DNA of 63,991 nucleotides, the filler included, from Circinaria calcarea (lineage: Eukaryota): NCBI GenBank assembly GCA_051942165.1. It is 7 parts of 7 records of this genome, joined end to end, with 100 filler letters (N's around TTAATTAATTAA, not from the genome) between each part and the next. Parts side by side here need not be neighbours in the genome. Positions count along the whole stretch, not along the records: positions 1 to 9,184 come from JAVECS010000970.1; positions 9,285 to 18,468 come from JAVECS010000971.1; 5 more parts are not named here. One strand, given 5' to 3'. The notes beneath the pieces were generated by a model. The model was not told the origin of the DNA and did not search any database. It saw only the letters and a program-made list of their open reading frames with translations. The translations under genes were made by a program, and so were the position numbers. Shown piece by piece: positions 1 through 11,097 of the stretch. Positions within the stretch are counted from its first letter, which is position 1. The number at the start of each line of letters is the position of its first letter.

Positions 1-300
1 AAAAAACCCAGAATTAATCCGTAATAATTAATAAAAAAAATATACCGTATTTTAATTATAATAATATATTATTAAAATTAATATTCGTACGCGGTATTTT
101 ATAATATTAAAAAACTTTATTAATAATAATTATTATAATAAAAACGATAGAAGTTGGGGTACGCGAAGTCGAAAAGCGATTTTTCGAAAAGAAAAGTTTA
201 AAAAAAAAGTTCAAAATTTTATTATTGCCGTATTCTAAGATCCATTCATGCCACCGTACCTAGGCTTATATTATATTAAAAGCCTAATTAACAAAACGAC
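1..300. repeat. AT-rich, RIP-like degenerate repeat relic at contig start
   Basis: Very AT-rich, TpA-rich, no ORF; same texture as 18800-19430 and 48340-48990. Confidence 0.55.
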
Positions 301-722
301 GATAAATAATTTGGGTGGTTTCGCTGAGTTCCGTTATACTTTGATAATTGTAGGCAGGCGGAGTAATTGTAATTAATCCATACCCTACTCAGGAGGGAGC
401 CCCAAGATCGGCTTGTCACCTGGACTTTACTATTTTAAGCTTAGGGTGTCGGTGCTGGCCTTCCGTATATAATAATCTCGTTTCAAAATTCAGCGAAACC
501 TCGTAAATGATGAGTGATAAAGTTTATTTGGCGATTAGGAGTTTCCGCCTTTCTACGTTGCAGATTAAAAGCACACTGCGCTCGAATAGCCAGCAACCAT
601 TAAGATAACCATCCTCACTATCGGACAGTGAATCCCCGCAGCGCCGCTATGAGGCTGGAAAATAATCACTGGTGCAACGGTCCGGACATTACATATACAC
701 GATCCAGAGGACCATTCAAGAC

Positions 723-2360
723 ATGAATTAATCCAATGCAACAAGGCCTTGGCTGTAGCCTCAGATCGAAGAAAAAGCGAGGCAGGGTCTGGCGGTGGAA
801 ATCCGGGACCCCTAGTGACTCTCAGACAAAGTGGAAAATCCAGTTTGAGGATGGTGGAAGCAATCTTAGAGTACCCTCGTCCCAAACCGGTAATCTAATC
901 CAGATTCTCAAGGTTCGTAGTTACTTTACTTCGGATAATATACCACTATCTAACCTTACCAATACATAGTTTACGACTTTGATGACACGGCCGAGGTCAT
1001 AATATCAGATAAAGCGACGTCAATTATAGCGAGGATCTCATCCGCAGCTTCAAAAAAGTTCAGGGAGAAATAAAGGAGGAGAACACTGAGAATACCGGAG
1101 GTGGTATTATTCAGATTAAGGAAATCGAGATTGTAATGACGCGTCTTGGCCCGAAGCCGTCACATATCATTCTTTTGATCACCGCATTCAACTATCTTGA
1201 CAAGGATGGAGAGGTAACATTCGAATGCCCTAGGTCAATCGAGACTGAGATAATATTCAGAAAGTCCTGGACGAACTGCGGAATTTTCAGTTAAAACCAG
1301 CTAGGTCTCCTGAAGCAAATATCACTAAGCGTCGGAAACGTCTCAAGATGTCTACGGATTTTAGTTTCAGCCAAGCCGCCCCAGCCTCGGGGGAAGATCC
1401 CAGAGTACGGGCTCAAAAGTAACGTCGGGAGTTTTTTGCCGCGCTCAAGAATAACAACTTGAAAAGCAAAAATTCTACTCAAGTTAATTTTCGGCATGAA
1501 AAACATCAATCGGATGCAACCACCTCAAATAATTGCGGAAACTAAGAATTTAATTCCATGACGGAGAGTAGAAAAAATGAGCAGCTCCGTTTAGACATTA
1601 ATACTGACGCCACGGCATCTGATACAGAATCAAGTGAGAGGTTAAACTTGAACAGGACTGCTTTCTACGGTTGCGGAAGATGATCGTACCGACACAAAGT
1701 CACCAGTATCAGAGCTCTTGGTGGCAGCGGCGAAGTCGGATATTCTATAATCCAGGGCTGTTCCAATTTATAAAGCTGTCGAGGAAATCTACACGATGTC
1801 CTACTTGACAATCTTACTTTAATTTATTAAAACAGACCTCTCCAGAGTATAAAGGTAGCGAGACAAATTTCATTACAATATGCGGCAAACTTAGGTCTTT
1901 AGAACTCCAGAATTGGGTTGAACACTGATCTTTATAGGAGGACTTTATTATCCGACATCAAATAGAACATAGGTAGTATCTACTCCAATATATAAAGCAA
2001 GCGAAGGACCCGATCCCGTACGAGGGGTTTTATCGAGAACAAATCGAAACATCACGGTTCATAAAAGCTATCATTACCTCCTTGAATCTTGGAAGTATAC
2101 TCGTGCCTTAAAAATCTGTCAAGCAAGGGACCGTCCAAGAATATCGATCGTTAGAAAGGCAGCCGCTGGTGAAGGATGGGTTAAATCCGCAATCGGTTGG
2201 TGAAAGTCGGTCTATATTTATAGCCTCTACTCCATCGTCGGACCGAGCTAGAATTCAGTAACCAATCAGCCAGTTATCCAGTCCACAACGAATAAAAATT
2301 ATAAAACAGCAGGATCAATTAATTAAGGTTACAAGCTCATCAGAAGTCCTAAAGGCTTAA
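723..2360 (+). pseudogene. TPP1/Est3-like (shelterin OB-fold) pseudogene
   Basis: Manual translation: MN*SNATRPWL*PQIEEKARQGLA/WKSG...FEDGGSNLRVP...LIQILK, intron 913-969 (GTTCGT..CTAAC..TAG), then AEVIISDKATSIIARISSAASKKFREK*RRR/TENTGGGIIQIKEIEIVMTRLGPKPSHIILLITAFNYLDKDGEVTFECPRSIE. This fits the fungal TPP1 N-terminal OB-domain pattern (PW...DDGSN...SD...T.G.IIQ...TFG.PR.IE). Several TAA/TAG stops and frameshifts; 3' end approximate. Confidence 0.65.
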
Positions 2361-3049
2361 AAAAAGGATAAATAACAATCAGTCAAAGTCCATTACAATC
2401 GGCTGAAAATACAAATCAATAAATCAGCAAATCACCACTACCAATATTATTAATCTGACGTCCTCTCTTTCTGCGCATCCCTCATCAATATCCACCCCTC
2501 TCGCCCAAAAAACCTCGTCGTCCCCTTCCATGGAATAAACCTACTCCATCTCCTTCCAAGCTACCACCAAACTCATCTTATACTTCTCTAGGACCCAGCA
2601 CCTTCCGCGCTTTTGTCGAACATCCAGTCAAATTTACTATATTTTTTACTACTTCAGACTCAGCACACTTCAAATCTCCAATCCCACCTTTACTTCCCAA
2701 AACCTCTTCTGTTCCCGCTTCATCATCTATTTCCACCCACTCGACCCACGAATAACCTGCAACCTCTCGAGCACCTCTTACCTCTACATCCTCAGCCACC
2801 CACGAAACCGCTAAACACACTAAGCCAATATCCCCACTTCCCGCAGTATGGTAGCACGACCCTAGTACTCCGTTCAAGGATATTATGCGCGCGGATCTGG
2901 CAATTCGAGCTTGGAATGGGAATGCATGAGCGATAGAGAAGGGGATTAGGATCGGGGAGGGGAAAGGGAGAGGGTAGGAAAGAGAGGGAGAGGGAGAAGG
3001 AGTAGAGGATATTGAATGTGGTTGATAAGCTGAAGGTTGCTAGATGGCT

Positions 3050-4730
3050 CCAGGAGTGATATGCGTCATGACGTACTCCTTGGTAGTTGCTATGGCGAGT
3101 ATTCTGCGAGATTCCATATCTTCGTCTCTGATAGTCTTTAGCAGCCAAAGACTGCCTATGACTCTGGTGATAAAGCCTTCGGACGAGATTTTTACTGACA
3201 AACGACTTAGATTTTCTGGTGTTCAACTCAAACTAGTGTATGCTCACCCATCGCTGTCAGTCTCGTTCTCTAATACGTTCTCCTTCTTCAAAGACTTTTC
3301 CTTACTGCCTTTCAAGACATACTTCTTCAACGCCTTTTCCATCTTAAAACCCCGATCGGCATGGTCCCATAGATTAACTTTACCATTGTCTCGAAGTGGA
3401 TAAGTCGCTTTAGAATTCTTCAGCGATGGTAAGTTACGGGGATCATTGAAATTATCTGCCCATTGCCCATTGCCTATTGCCTATCCGCCAGTTCGATGCC
3501 TTCAACATGCAAGTCGCCTAGATTGTATTGAAGGCGTAGGAAAGATCAAAATTCAGTCTGCGAGCATGCAAAAAAATTGAAGGTATAGCGTGGAGAGATT
3601 CAACGAGGTAATAGGCGTTTGACCAAAGATATCGGAGAGAGAATATGGTATTTAACGATCCCAATCTGACCCATTAGCGTTGGTTTCGGGATCTTCAAGA
3701 TCAGCCATCGATCTTAATATTTCCGGCAATGATAGTATTTACCGGCTTGAAGTCTGTAGTGTTGATTTGCATGTTAAGTTAATATTTAAATGGCGAATGC
3801 GTCTCAACGCGCGAATTGTATGCTGTAGTAATACTGTATCCATGGTTGCCTTGGAATCAAACACATAATCTGCAATTCCATTGGGGTTCGCGTATTCGAG
3901 TCTTGTGATTTCCATCCCCGTCAACGCTAGGGCACGCATCATGGCGGAAAACGCGATGAAGAGTGGCGAAAGATGGGTCGGAGGCTCTGCCGATGTGGGT
4001 CTTAGGTATAAAGGATGATAGTACCGAGAAAAAGGACTGCCCTTTAGAGATAATGGTGCCAGCGTCGTTTCAACGCTGAATCTCGGGTTTCGAAATCGAC
4101 TTGCCTATTTATATTCAAAGGATACCGTCTATAAATCAAGCAGCAGCTCCAGACCCATGCAGAGACGGGCAGCAAGTTTCCCTTTTTCATATCCGCGTTG
4201 TTCTTTGGTTTCCATCAGATACGCCTCATATCCCTATTTATGATTCTATAGGACAATAGTTTTCTTTCCGTGTACTTCATTTCGTATTCTGGGGGTTTTA
4301 CAGGATATGCAGCCTTGAGTTATTCATTAATTTGTTCGATGGTATTTTTGAATTCATGCCCGCGTCCGAAGTTCCAGAGTAAGTAGCTGATCTGCTGAAG
4401 AACCTACTTCATGTACCATTCCTTACCTGAACCGACAGTAAAGGTCGCGGTATCGTAGAAGACTTCTGATCTATCGGCTCAGATGAGGACTCTGTGATAT
4501 GTTCGTGAAAACCTCCAAGTCTTTTTGATGCGGTGAAATGTAGATGTGGTCGAAGAGTAGAGGCGTGGCAAGGGCATTGCAAGTCTTGGATGGTCCCCTG
4601 ATTTTCCTCATCTCCTCTTTTCTTGAATTGCCGAATATGAGCAAGAGAACCTCGTTCGGGATATGGAGATGTGTCCTGGAGGCTTGCTCCGCTGGGAGGA
4701 TCTACAGATCATCAATGATAGTTGTGGATA
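3050..4730 (-). pseudogene. F-box domain protein pseudogene
   Basis: Minus strand reads HIPNEVLLLIFGNSRKEEMRKIRGPSKTCNALATPLLFDHIYISPHQKDLEVFTNISQSPHLSR*IRSL (F-box plus a typical fungal downstream motif). It continues through MMRALALTG... and MEKALKKYVLKG with many stops and frameshifts. Start codon appears mutated to ATA; ends approximate. Confidence 0.65.
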
Positions 4731-4742
4731 TGTTCCGTTTTA

Positions 4743-5470
4743 TCAACCAAGTCGTGAACTTGGCCAAGTTGCTATAGTAGTTTCACCAAGTAGAATGTTT
4801 GGTCAATCACACGTGTAAGTCGAAAGTCCGTGTAGATAACCAAGCGGCCCATTTGACGAAACGCACGCATATAATCCACCAAGTAAATCGTTTGGCCAGC
4901 CGCCCGTGTAGGCGACCAAGTGATTGAACGAGTACTACTGTTATGCTCCTGTTGATGTCACCATCACCCCCAGGATCAGTAGCAGGTGCCTCGGCTGCTG
5001 TTCGGCCCTCTTTCGTTCGACCTAACTTGGTAGGGCCGGCGTCACCGAAGAGAGCAGCAGCAGCGAGAAGAGAATAGTAACACGAAGAGCCAGTATCAGT
5101 GCTAGTTTTAGTGCCAGTGCCAGTTTTAGTGCCAAGTACCAGTATCATTGTCAGTGCCAGTGCCAGTGCCAGTTTTAGTGCCAGTTTTAGTGCCAGTGCC
5201 AGTGCCAGTTTTAATGCCAGTGGCAAGTACCAGTATCATTGTCAGTGCCAGTGCCAGTGCCAGTCCCAGAGTGGGTAGCAGTTGTAACAAAAGATGTTTT
5301 CCGGAATACACAAGCCAAGCCATCAGGTAATTTACTTGCTGAATTACATATATAACTCAGAAAGCTACTAATTAGACTATATGAGTAGTTTAGCCAGATA
5401 CTTGTAAATATAAAGCAAGTGATTTAGCCAAGCTGCTATAGCGGCTTGATCAAGTTCACGATATGATTGG
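4743..5470. mobile_element. Non-autonomous Tc1/mariner(pogo)-type element (MITE) with 40-bp TIRs and TA TSD
   Basis: 4743-4782 vs reverse complement of 5431-5470: 30/40 identical, 9 of 10 mismatches are transitions. TA at 4741-4742 and 5471-5472. Confidence 0.75.
5090..5266. repeat. Hexamer-based minisatellite (CAGTGC/GTGCCA with TTTTAG variants) inside the MITE
   Basis: Directly visible; produces spurious VP, TG and LA repeat ORFs. Confidence 0.9.
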
Positions 5471-6705
5471 TACATGAAACAAACACTGAACATCTTATTT
5501 TGAGCTCCATGCGCTCACAATAGGCCTTCCGTGTATGCTAGAGCTGGCAACTTCAGGCAGTATGTAGGATAATGCACATCAAAGGTTAAACTAGGGCACA
5601 ATAGAATTAGGGTTGGACAGCGGTAGATTAGGGAACAAAAATATCCAAGGCTTTCCTGGACCGGTAAACAGATTCCAATGCATTATGTGGTCTTGGCTTT
5701 TAGTCTCGGATTTCTCATCGGCTTTGTGTATGCGTGGCACTTCAAACCGCCATTAAGTATTAGTCGCCATCTCTCAAACCATAGCGCACAAATGGCCGTT
5801 ATATCTTCGGCACCCTGACTGGGGTTGCGTTATTTTGACCACCCATTCCCCTGCACTGTGTCATCTCGCAATACGGTCACTTCGTGGTCCACGAGTAGAG
5901 AAAGGTGGTGTGGATGTATAACATCTATATAGATTGACAGCAATCTTGAGAAATCCCTAAGGGTTGGAGCTATCTTCGCCTAGGATACTAAGAGTGTATG
6001 GAAGGAATTGGCTTATAAGGGGATCAACACCCCACGTTACTTACTTTGGCTAAATCCCATTGGTAACGAGGCTTGGCCTCAGCTAGATAAAAGTCTCTCG
6101 CGCTCCAAGTACAAGGCAGCTGTTTCTCCGTAAGGATGTTCTCTTTCCCGTATATCTTTGTATATAAGACCTTTAATAGCTTAGATCCATCTGCGATTGA
6201 CGGCTTCGGGTGGGATTAACAACTTGAAGTTCAGATAGGTGAGAGATTGGATTAAAGGTATACCGTAGATGCAAGGGATAAATTCGTGTCCTGGCAGGTC
6301 AGTGTAAGAATAGAAATGACTGTATTGTAGTGGAATCTATAGATTGAATTTGAGGTCAAGTAGTGGGATTCATAGGTACGCTGGCGTAGATATTTCCTTA
6401 ACACACGTTCTCTGTTCAGTAGTCACGAAGACCGCCAAGGCCCTGTAAACAGAAGATTGTACAGGATATTGCATGCAGAGCGTGATCAGAAGCAAGGAGC
6501 ATCGGGATGGTTAGGTATTGCGCTGGCGAAGGAAGTTGTCCATACGTACAAGCAAGGCCTTTGTGGCCGTACACGAGGAAGTTATCATGGAGGATTGTGA
6601 TGTAATGCAGCTGGAGAGGCATACTGGAGCGCTGCAATTGCAGCGAGCAAAACCACCTGGAGCGACACCTCTAGAGCAAGAGAGGTACCTGCTGGAGCGA
6701 AGCGA

Positions 6706-6751
6706 CACCTGAGAGACCAGTCCGCACCTGAGAGACCAGTCCGCACCTGAG
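6706..6751. repeat. 19-bp tandem repeat CACCTGAGAGACCAGTCCG, ~2.4 copies
   Basis: Directly visible. Confidence 0.85.
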
Positions 6752-7805
6752 GCCACAAACGCGCACCCTCCTGTTCAAAAAATTGCCTCAGACCCATGTT
6801 GGCAATTGTGCCCAAAAGCGGCTTAGCGACTTTTAGCTCTGCAGTACGGGTCTACCATACTCCATACAGTAGCTTTTTAGGCTAGGCGCATCCTGGGTTG
6901 CATTACCGATTCAAAAAAACGGTCACCCTTGCTGGGTAATTGGCTACGTCGCCGACATTGGCGAACACATCGACGTACCATCATTCATCCTCGTTGAGAA
7001 ACATCCCCCCCAGTACTGAAATGGATATAACCACAATGCGTTTTATGAGACTGTGCGTGTTCGAGGATGCGTTTAACAGACCTAAGGGAGAAGAAAGCAA
7101 GATTTGGCGTAGCCGACCTTGTGAAAACCCAGACAGGCCTCGACGTCAATGAAAGGACTTGGTGAATGGGAAGAAAGCCAAACCATTTCTACCATACGTT
7201 GGACATCGGCAACCAAATGGCAAAAACAGTATCGTTCGGGATACTGTCATGGAGCATATCCGACGGGCCTCAAGGAATGCTCGAAGGACTTCCAAATAAG
7301 GAACACGCAAAATTAATCTAGCCAGTCGTATTGCCTGCTACTGGCTGGCACCGCTTTTCATGATAGTCACCATGACTTGTCAGTGCTATATTATAATTGG
7401 TGTCGGAAAGTTCCCAAGTCAAAGATAGGGTGAGTTCGTGTCTTCTTTGTAGACCACTATCAGTTTACAATTTGCTGTAAATTAGTGATCTGGGCTTCTC
7501 ACTAATATCTCAAAAGGCTTGGATCCTTCGAGACTATCATGCGTCGGTGGAATTTATGCATGAGAGTCATAACTATTCACCTTATTCATTTACAAGTGCT
7601 GCAATGCCTAAAAACATTATCCCTTGAGTTCTATGCTCACAGTCCGGAAAGTTCTAGCAGGCCCCTGGACACCGGGAATCTCTGAGCGACTGTGAATTTA
7701 GCATGTAAGTCTCATATTCGCTGGCTCCTCTTGAAAACCTATCTTCTTTCTGTTTGCTACCTCATTGACTACCCAACTCACTTAACCCCAATACCTACAA
7801 TCGCC

Positions 7806-8680
7806 ATGGACAACGGCACGTCCTCACTCGACACTCCAACTACAACCACCACAATCTCTTCCCTATCCCAGACCGAGTGGAAAGTCCTGCTGGCCGCAAT
7901 CATGTGTCTGCCCGAATTCAAAGTAAGTCCCACGAAGTCCCGTTGCCTCCTCCCAAGCTCACCCATCTCCAGCTGACACCCAAACAGCCCAACTCCACCC
8001 GCCTCGCCGCTCTCACCCACCACACAGACCCCTAGTCTTCCAACAAAGCCTTCCTGCGCGCCAAGAAGAGCCTCGACGCCGTCACCGCCTTTACCTTTGA
8101 GGATGGGAATGGGAGGGGTAGGGGGACGGGAAGAATGCTGCTCCTAAGGCAAACCAGAGCAAGCGCGCGCTGAAGCTGAAGGGCCCCTCTAAGGACAACA
8201 AGGCTCCAAGGACTGGAGCTAAACGCGTGAGAAGAGGGGATGGTGGCGATGTGAATGCTTAGGAGGATGACGATGAGGTGCCAGCTGGAAGAGGGGGAGG
8301 AGAAGGAGCAGCAGAGGGGGAAGGGGAGATGGTGCCCCCTTAAGACGAAGGGGAGAAAGCCGGCTTTGAAGCTCAAGGTCGCGTTCGCTGACAACAAGGT
8401 CCAGAAGCCCCGTGTGAAACGCGTGAAGGGAGGAAGGGATGGTAGGCAGGATGAAGAGGATGAAGAGCGAGCAGCACAGATGGAGGTTACGATGGAGGAG
8501 GGCGGGAAGAATGAAGGGAACGGAGATCTCCCCGCCGTTGCAAAAGCCGAAGACTCTTCTCGCGACCTGGCGCCAGCGGACGAAGGCGGCAATTTCGACG
8601 ACGTCGGGGCTGTTGGCGTAGAAGCTGCGGACGGCAGGGCTGTCGCGGCTCAGATATCAGGTGATGACGATAGAGAGTAG
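7806..8680 (+). pseudogene. Small basic/acidic low-complexity (probably nuclear) protein, disrupted
   Basis: ATG 7806, exon ending ...LSQTEWKVLLAAIMCLPEFK, intron 7923-7987 (GTAAGT..GCTGAC..CAG), then PNSTRLAALTHHTDP*SSNKAFLRAKKSL with further stops and frameshifts. Internal duplication LKLKGPSKDNK...KRVRRG / LKLKVAFADNK...KRVKGG. Confidence 0.5.
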
Positions 8681-9025
8681 GCGAAGCATTTGTAGGTTTT
8701 AGCGATGCGCTGCTTGTATAAGGAGGTTAGAGTGATCGTTGGTTGCATAGCACTCCGTCAATGACCGTAAACTTGTTCGATCGAGAAAGGCCAGCATAAC
8801 AGCTCAATTTGTGGCGTGGCTTAGTTTTCTCGGTATGCATGGTAACTGGTGGCGTCTGGATGCTGAGATATGGACCTTTTTAGAGCGTTCTTGTTCAGTC
8901 ATGGGAGTCACGTCGATCACGGAGACTTGAAGGTATCTAGGCGAAGGAAATCAATGGCAAATGCAATTCTATTTATTTACATTTTGAATATGCTAAAGGG
9001 TATATTGCGGTGAAGACGCAAAATA

Positions 9026-9184
9026 CGGTGGCATGAATGGACCTTACCAGATATCCCTGAGCTATGCCGCATCCGGACCGATGCCGCATTTTCCCCGCAT
9101 TCCACCCCCCATTTCAAAAAATCATTACTCCACCAATATGGCCTCAATTGATTCAGCTCTTGCAGATCTAAACGCCCAAATACA
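9026..9184 (+). mobile_element. Probable left end of a Tc1/mariner-pogo DNA transposon, truncated by contig end
   Basis: TA (9024-9025) followed by CGGTGG. ATG 9138 gives MASIDSALADLNAQI, like the N-terminus preceding the HTH of fungal pogo/Fot1-type transposases. Confidence 0.5.
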
Positions 9185-9284
9185 NNNNNNNNNNNNNNNN
9201 NNNNNNNNNNNNNNNNNNNNNNNNNNNNTTAATTAATTAANNNNNNNNNNNNNNNNNNNNNNNNNNNNNNNNNNNNNNNNNNNN
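9185..9284. other. Artificial contig linker (N44-TTAATTAATTAA-N44)
   Basis: Stops in all six frames; identical 100-bp structure at all six junctions. Confidence 0.98.
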
Positions 9285-10403
9285 CCCTTTCCCCCTTGGT
9301 ATAAATCCCGTGTTTGATGATTCCGGCGCGCGTTGGGGAGGCAGGGGTTAGGAGTCAGGAGTGGTGAGTCGTATACGTTGGAAGGGGAAGGAGAAAGGCC
9401 CGTGCGAGGAGAATGGATGGCGACAATTTTTGTAATTTGCACTTTTCCGAAAAAAAGGAAAACTTCCGTAGAGAGAGAGAGAAGGGGGGGCGGGATAAGT
9501 TTTTTAACAAATATCTTGGGCCTTCTTCGAATATTCATATAATATCTTGTCGCGCGCCCGCTGTTCACTATATACCCTAGGCACCCCAACCAAACCAAAC
9601 CAAACGCGGCAAGCCAATCCGAGGGCGCAATGCACAACAAGGCTAGGTTAGGCCGCGCCTAAACGTCCAATAGCTGCTGCTGGGTGCAAGTTGAGTGAAC
9701 TCTCTTTATATTATACCACAGGTTATCTTAGGGCAGTTGTAGTTACAGTGTAGTGTAGTGCAGTGTAATGTAACCGCTTTTTTCCGGCCGGTTGCATATA
9801 GTAACAACTAAATGCCCAGGGGGCCAGGGCTAGGGCCAGGGCCATCCAAAAAAACTCCCCCCCCAAAAAAAACAGTTAGATTTGGGGTGTTTTCTCTTTC
9901 TTCTCTTTCTTCTTCTTCTTCCGATCCCCTTGGAAACCATTTCAATAACCAAACAACCAGACCGGCAATGGGGAAAGTACGGGGAAGAAGAGAAGAGAAG
10001 AGAAGCGAAGAGAAGAGAAGAAAAGAGAAGAGAAAAGAAAAAGGGTTTACCTGCTGTAGACATTGTTGGAAGTCATAGGGCTTACCGAAGCCCGTGTTGT
10101 ATAGGAGGTCCATGCTCAACACTTCCTACACACATCATAAAAGCACTTTTCTCTACGTAGATAGCTTGGGAAGTTACACACTCAGATAGCATGAATGCCA
10201 CCACACATTACTGCATGCTCAACAGACATCTTGGTACGGGAGGACATTTAGCCTTAGGAGGGTTTCTTTTGAAAAGGGAGAAGGGGGAGTGGGTTGAATA
10301 CGTGGGTATAGACATACTGGGTATGCCTATAAGAGGAGTTGATAGAATTCTCAAATCAGGATGTGCGGTTTATATGTTTTATATTTTATACCCTGCTACC
10401 TCA

Positions 10404-10641
10404 TGAGGCCGTAGAGGACTTTAACTTGAAAAAAAATAAATCTAGGGGGTCAAGGTATGTGGTAACGTGAGGCGAGGCACGAACAAAATACGGCAGTTGA
10501 TACGGCAGTGTGTATGCGCGAGAAGTCAGTCATTTACCGGAGGAGAAATGTGCGAGTGAAAAGGGGTTTTTTCATTGAACGCTAAGAACGCCAACTAAAG
10601 CGACGTGTCGCCTCCCCCCCCCCTAAGCGTAAAGCTTGACG
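10404..10641 (+). mobile_element. Diverged solo-LTR copy, same family as 48134-48338
   Basis: Collinear blocks shared with 48134-48338: AGGCCGTAGAG..ACTTGAAAA..AAGGTATGTGGTAA..GAGGCACGA..TGTGCGAGTGAAA..AACGCCAACTAAA..CCCCCTAA.CGTA. Confidence 0.75.
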
Positions 10642-11097
10642 TACCCTGTAGTACCTACTGGGATGGTATGGTATAGGTAAGAGTAATCCCGATAGACAAG
10701 GGGGGTCAGTCATTAGCTTTTCAGGAATTACCAGTGGAACGTTTGGAGTGGCGCGCCCGGGGGGAAACCAATCTATAATATTATAAAATCCTAACCGTAG
10801 GGATAGGGCGGTAAAATGCACTCAGCTACACTATTGGGCGGCGGGGCCCTGGACCCTGGATAAGGGCTAAAAGATCATTCAAAGAACAAAAAACTTATGT
10901 AGGCACGAATGTAAGCAAAACTCATCTGTGCGCCAAATGAGAGGCGCCTTTCGGTTGACTAACTACAACCCCATTGCAGCCCAGACCCCTAACCTCTATA
11001 AGAACTCACCTACTCTCATCTCAGCTAGAGTCCTCGCAAATAAGGCGTTTGTTTGAGAAAGGAGGCGCCCGGGGGGGCGGGGGCGAGGTTGGCTTCC

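Noticed and set aside
4807..5330. VP, TG and LA repeat ORFs
   Set aside because: Translations of the hexamer minisatellite inside a MITE.
5500..7600. Possible further gene relics
   Set aside because: Stop-riddled frames with no motif I can recognise.
9285..10400. Short ORFs and microsatellite runs (AGAAG, AGTGT, GGGCCA)
   Set aside because: Low-complexity and possibly low-quality contig end; no family motifs and no true TTAGGG telomere array.
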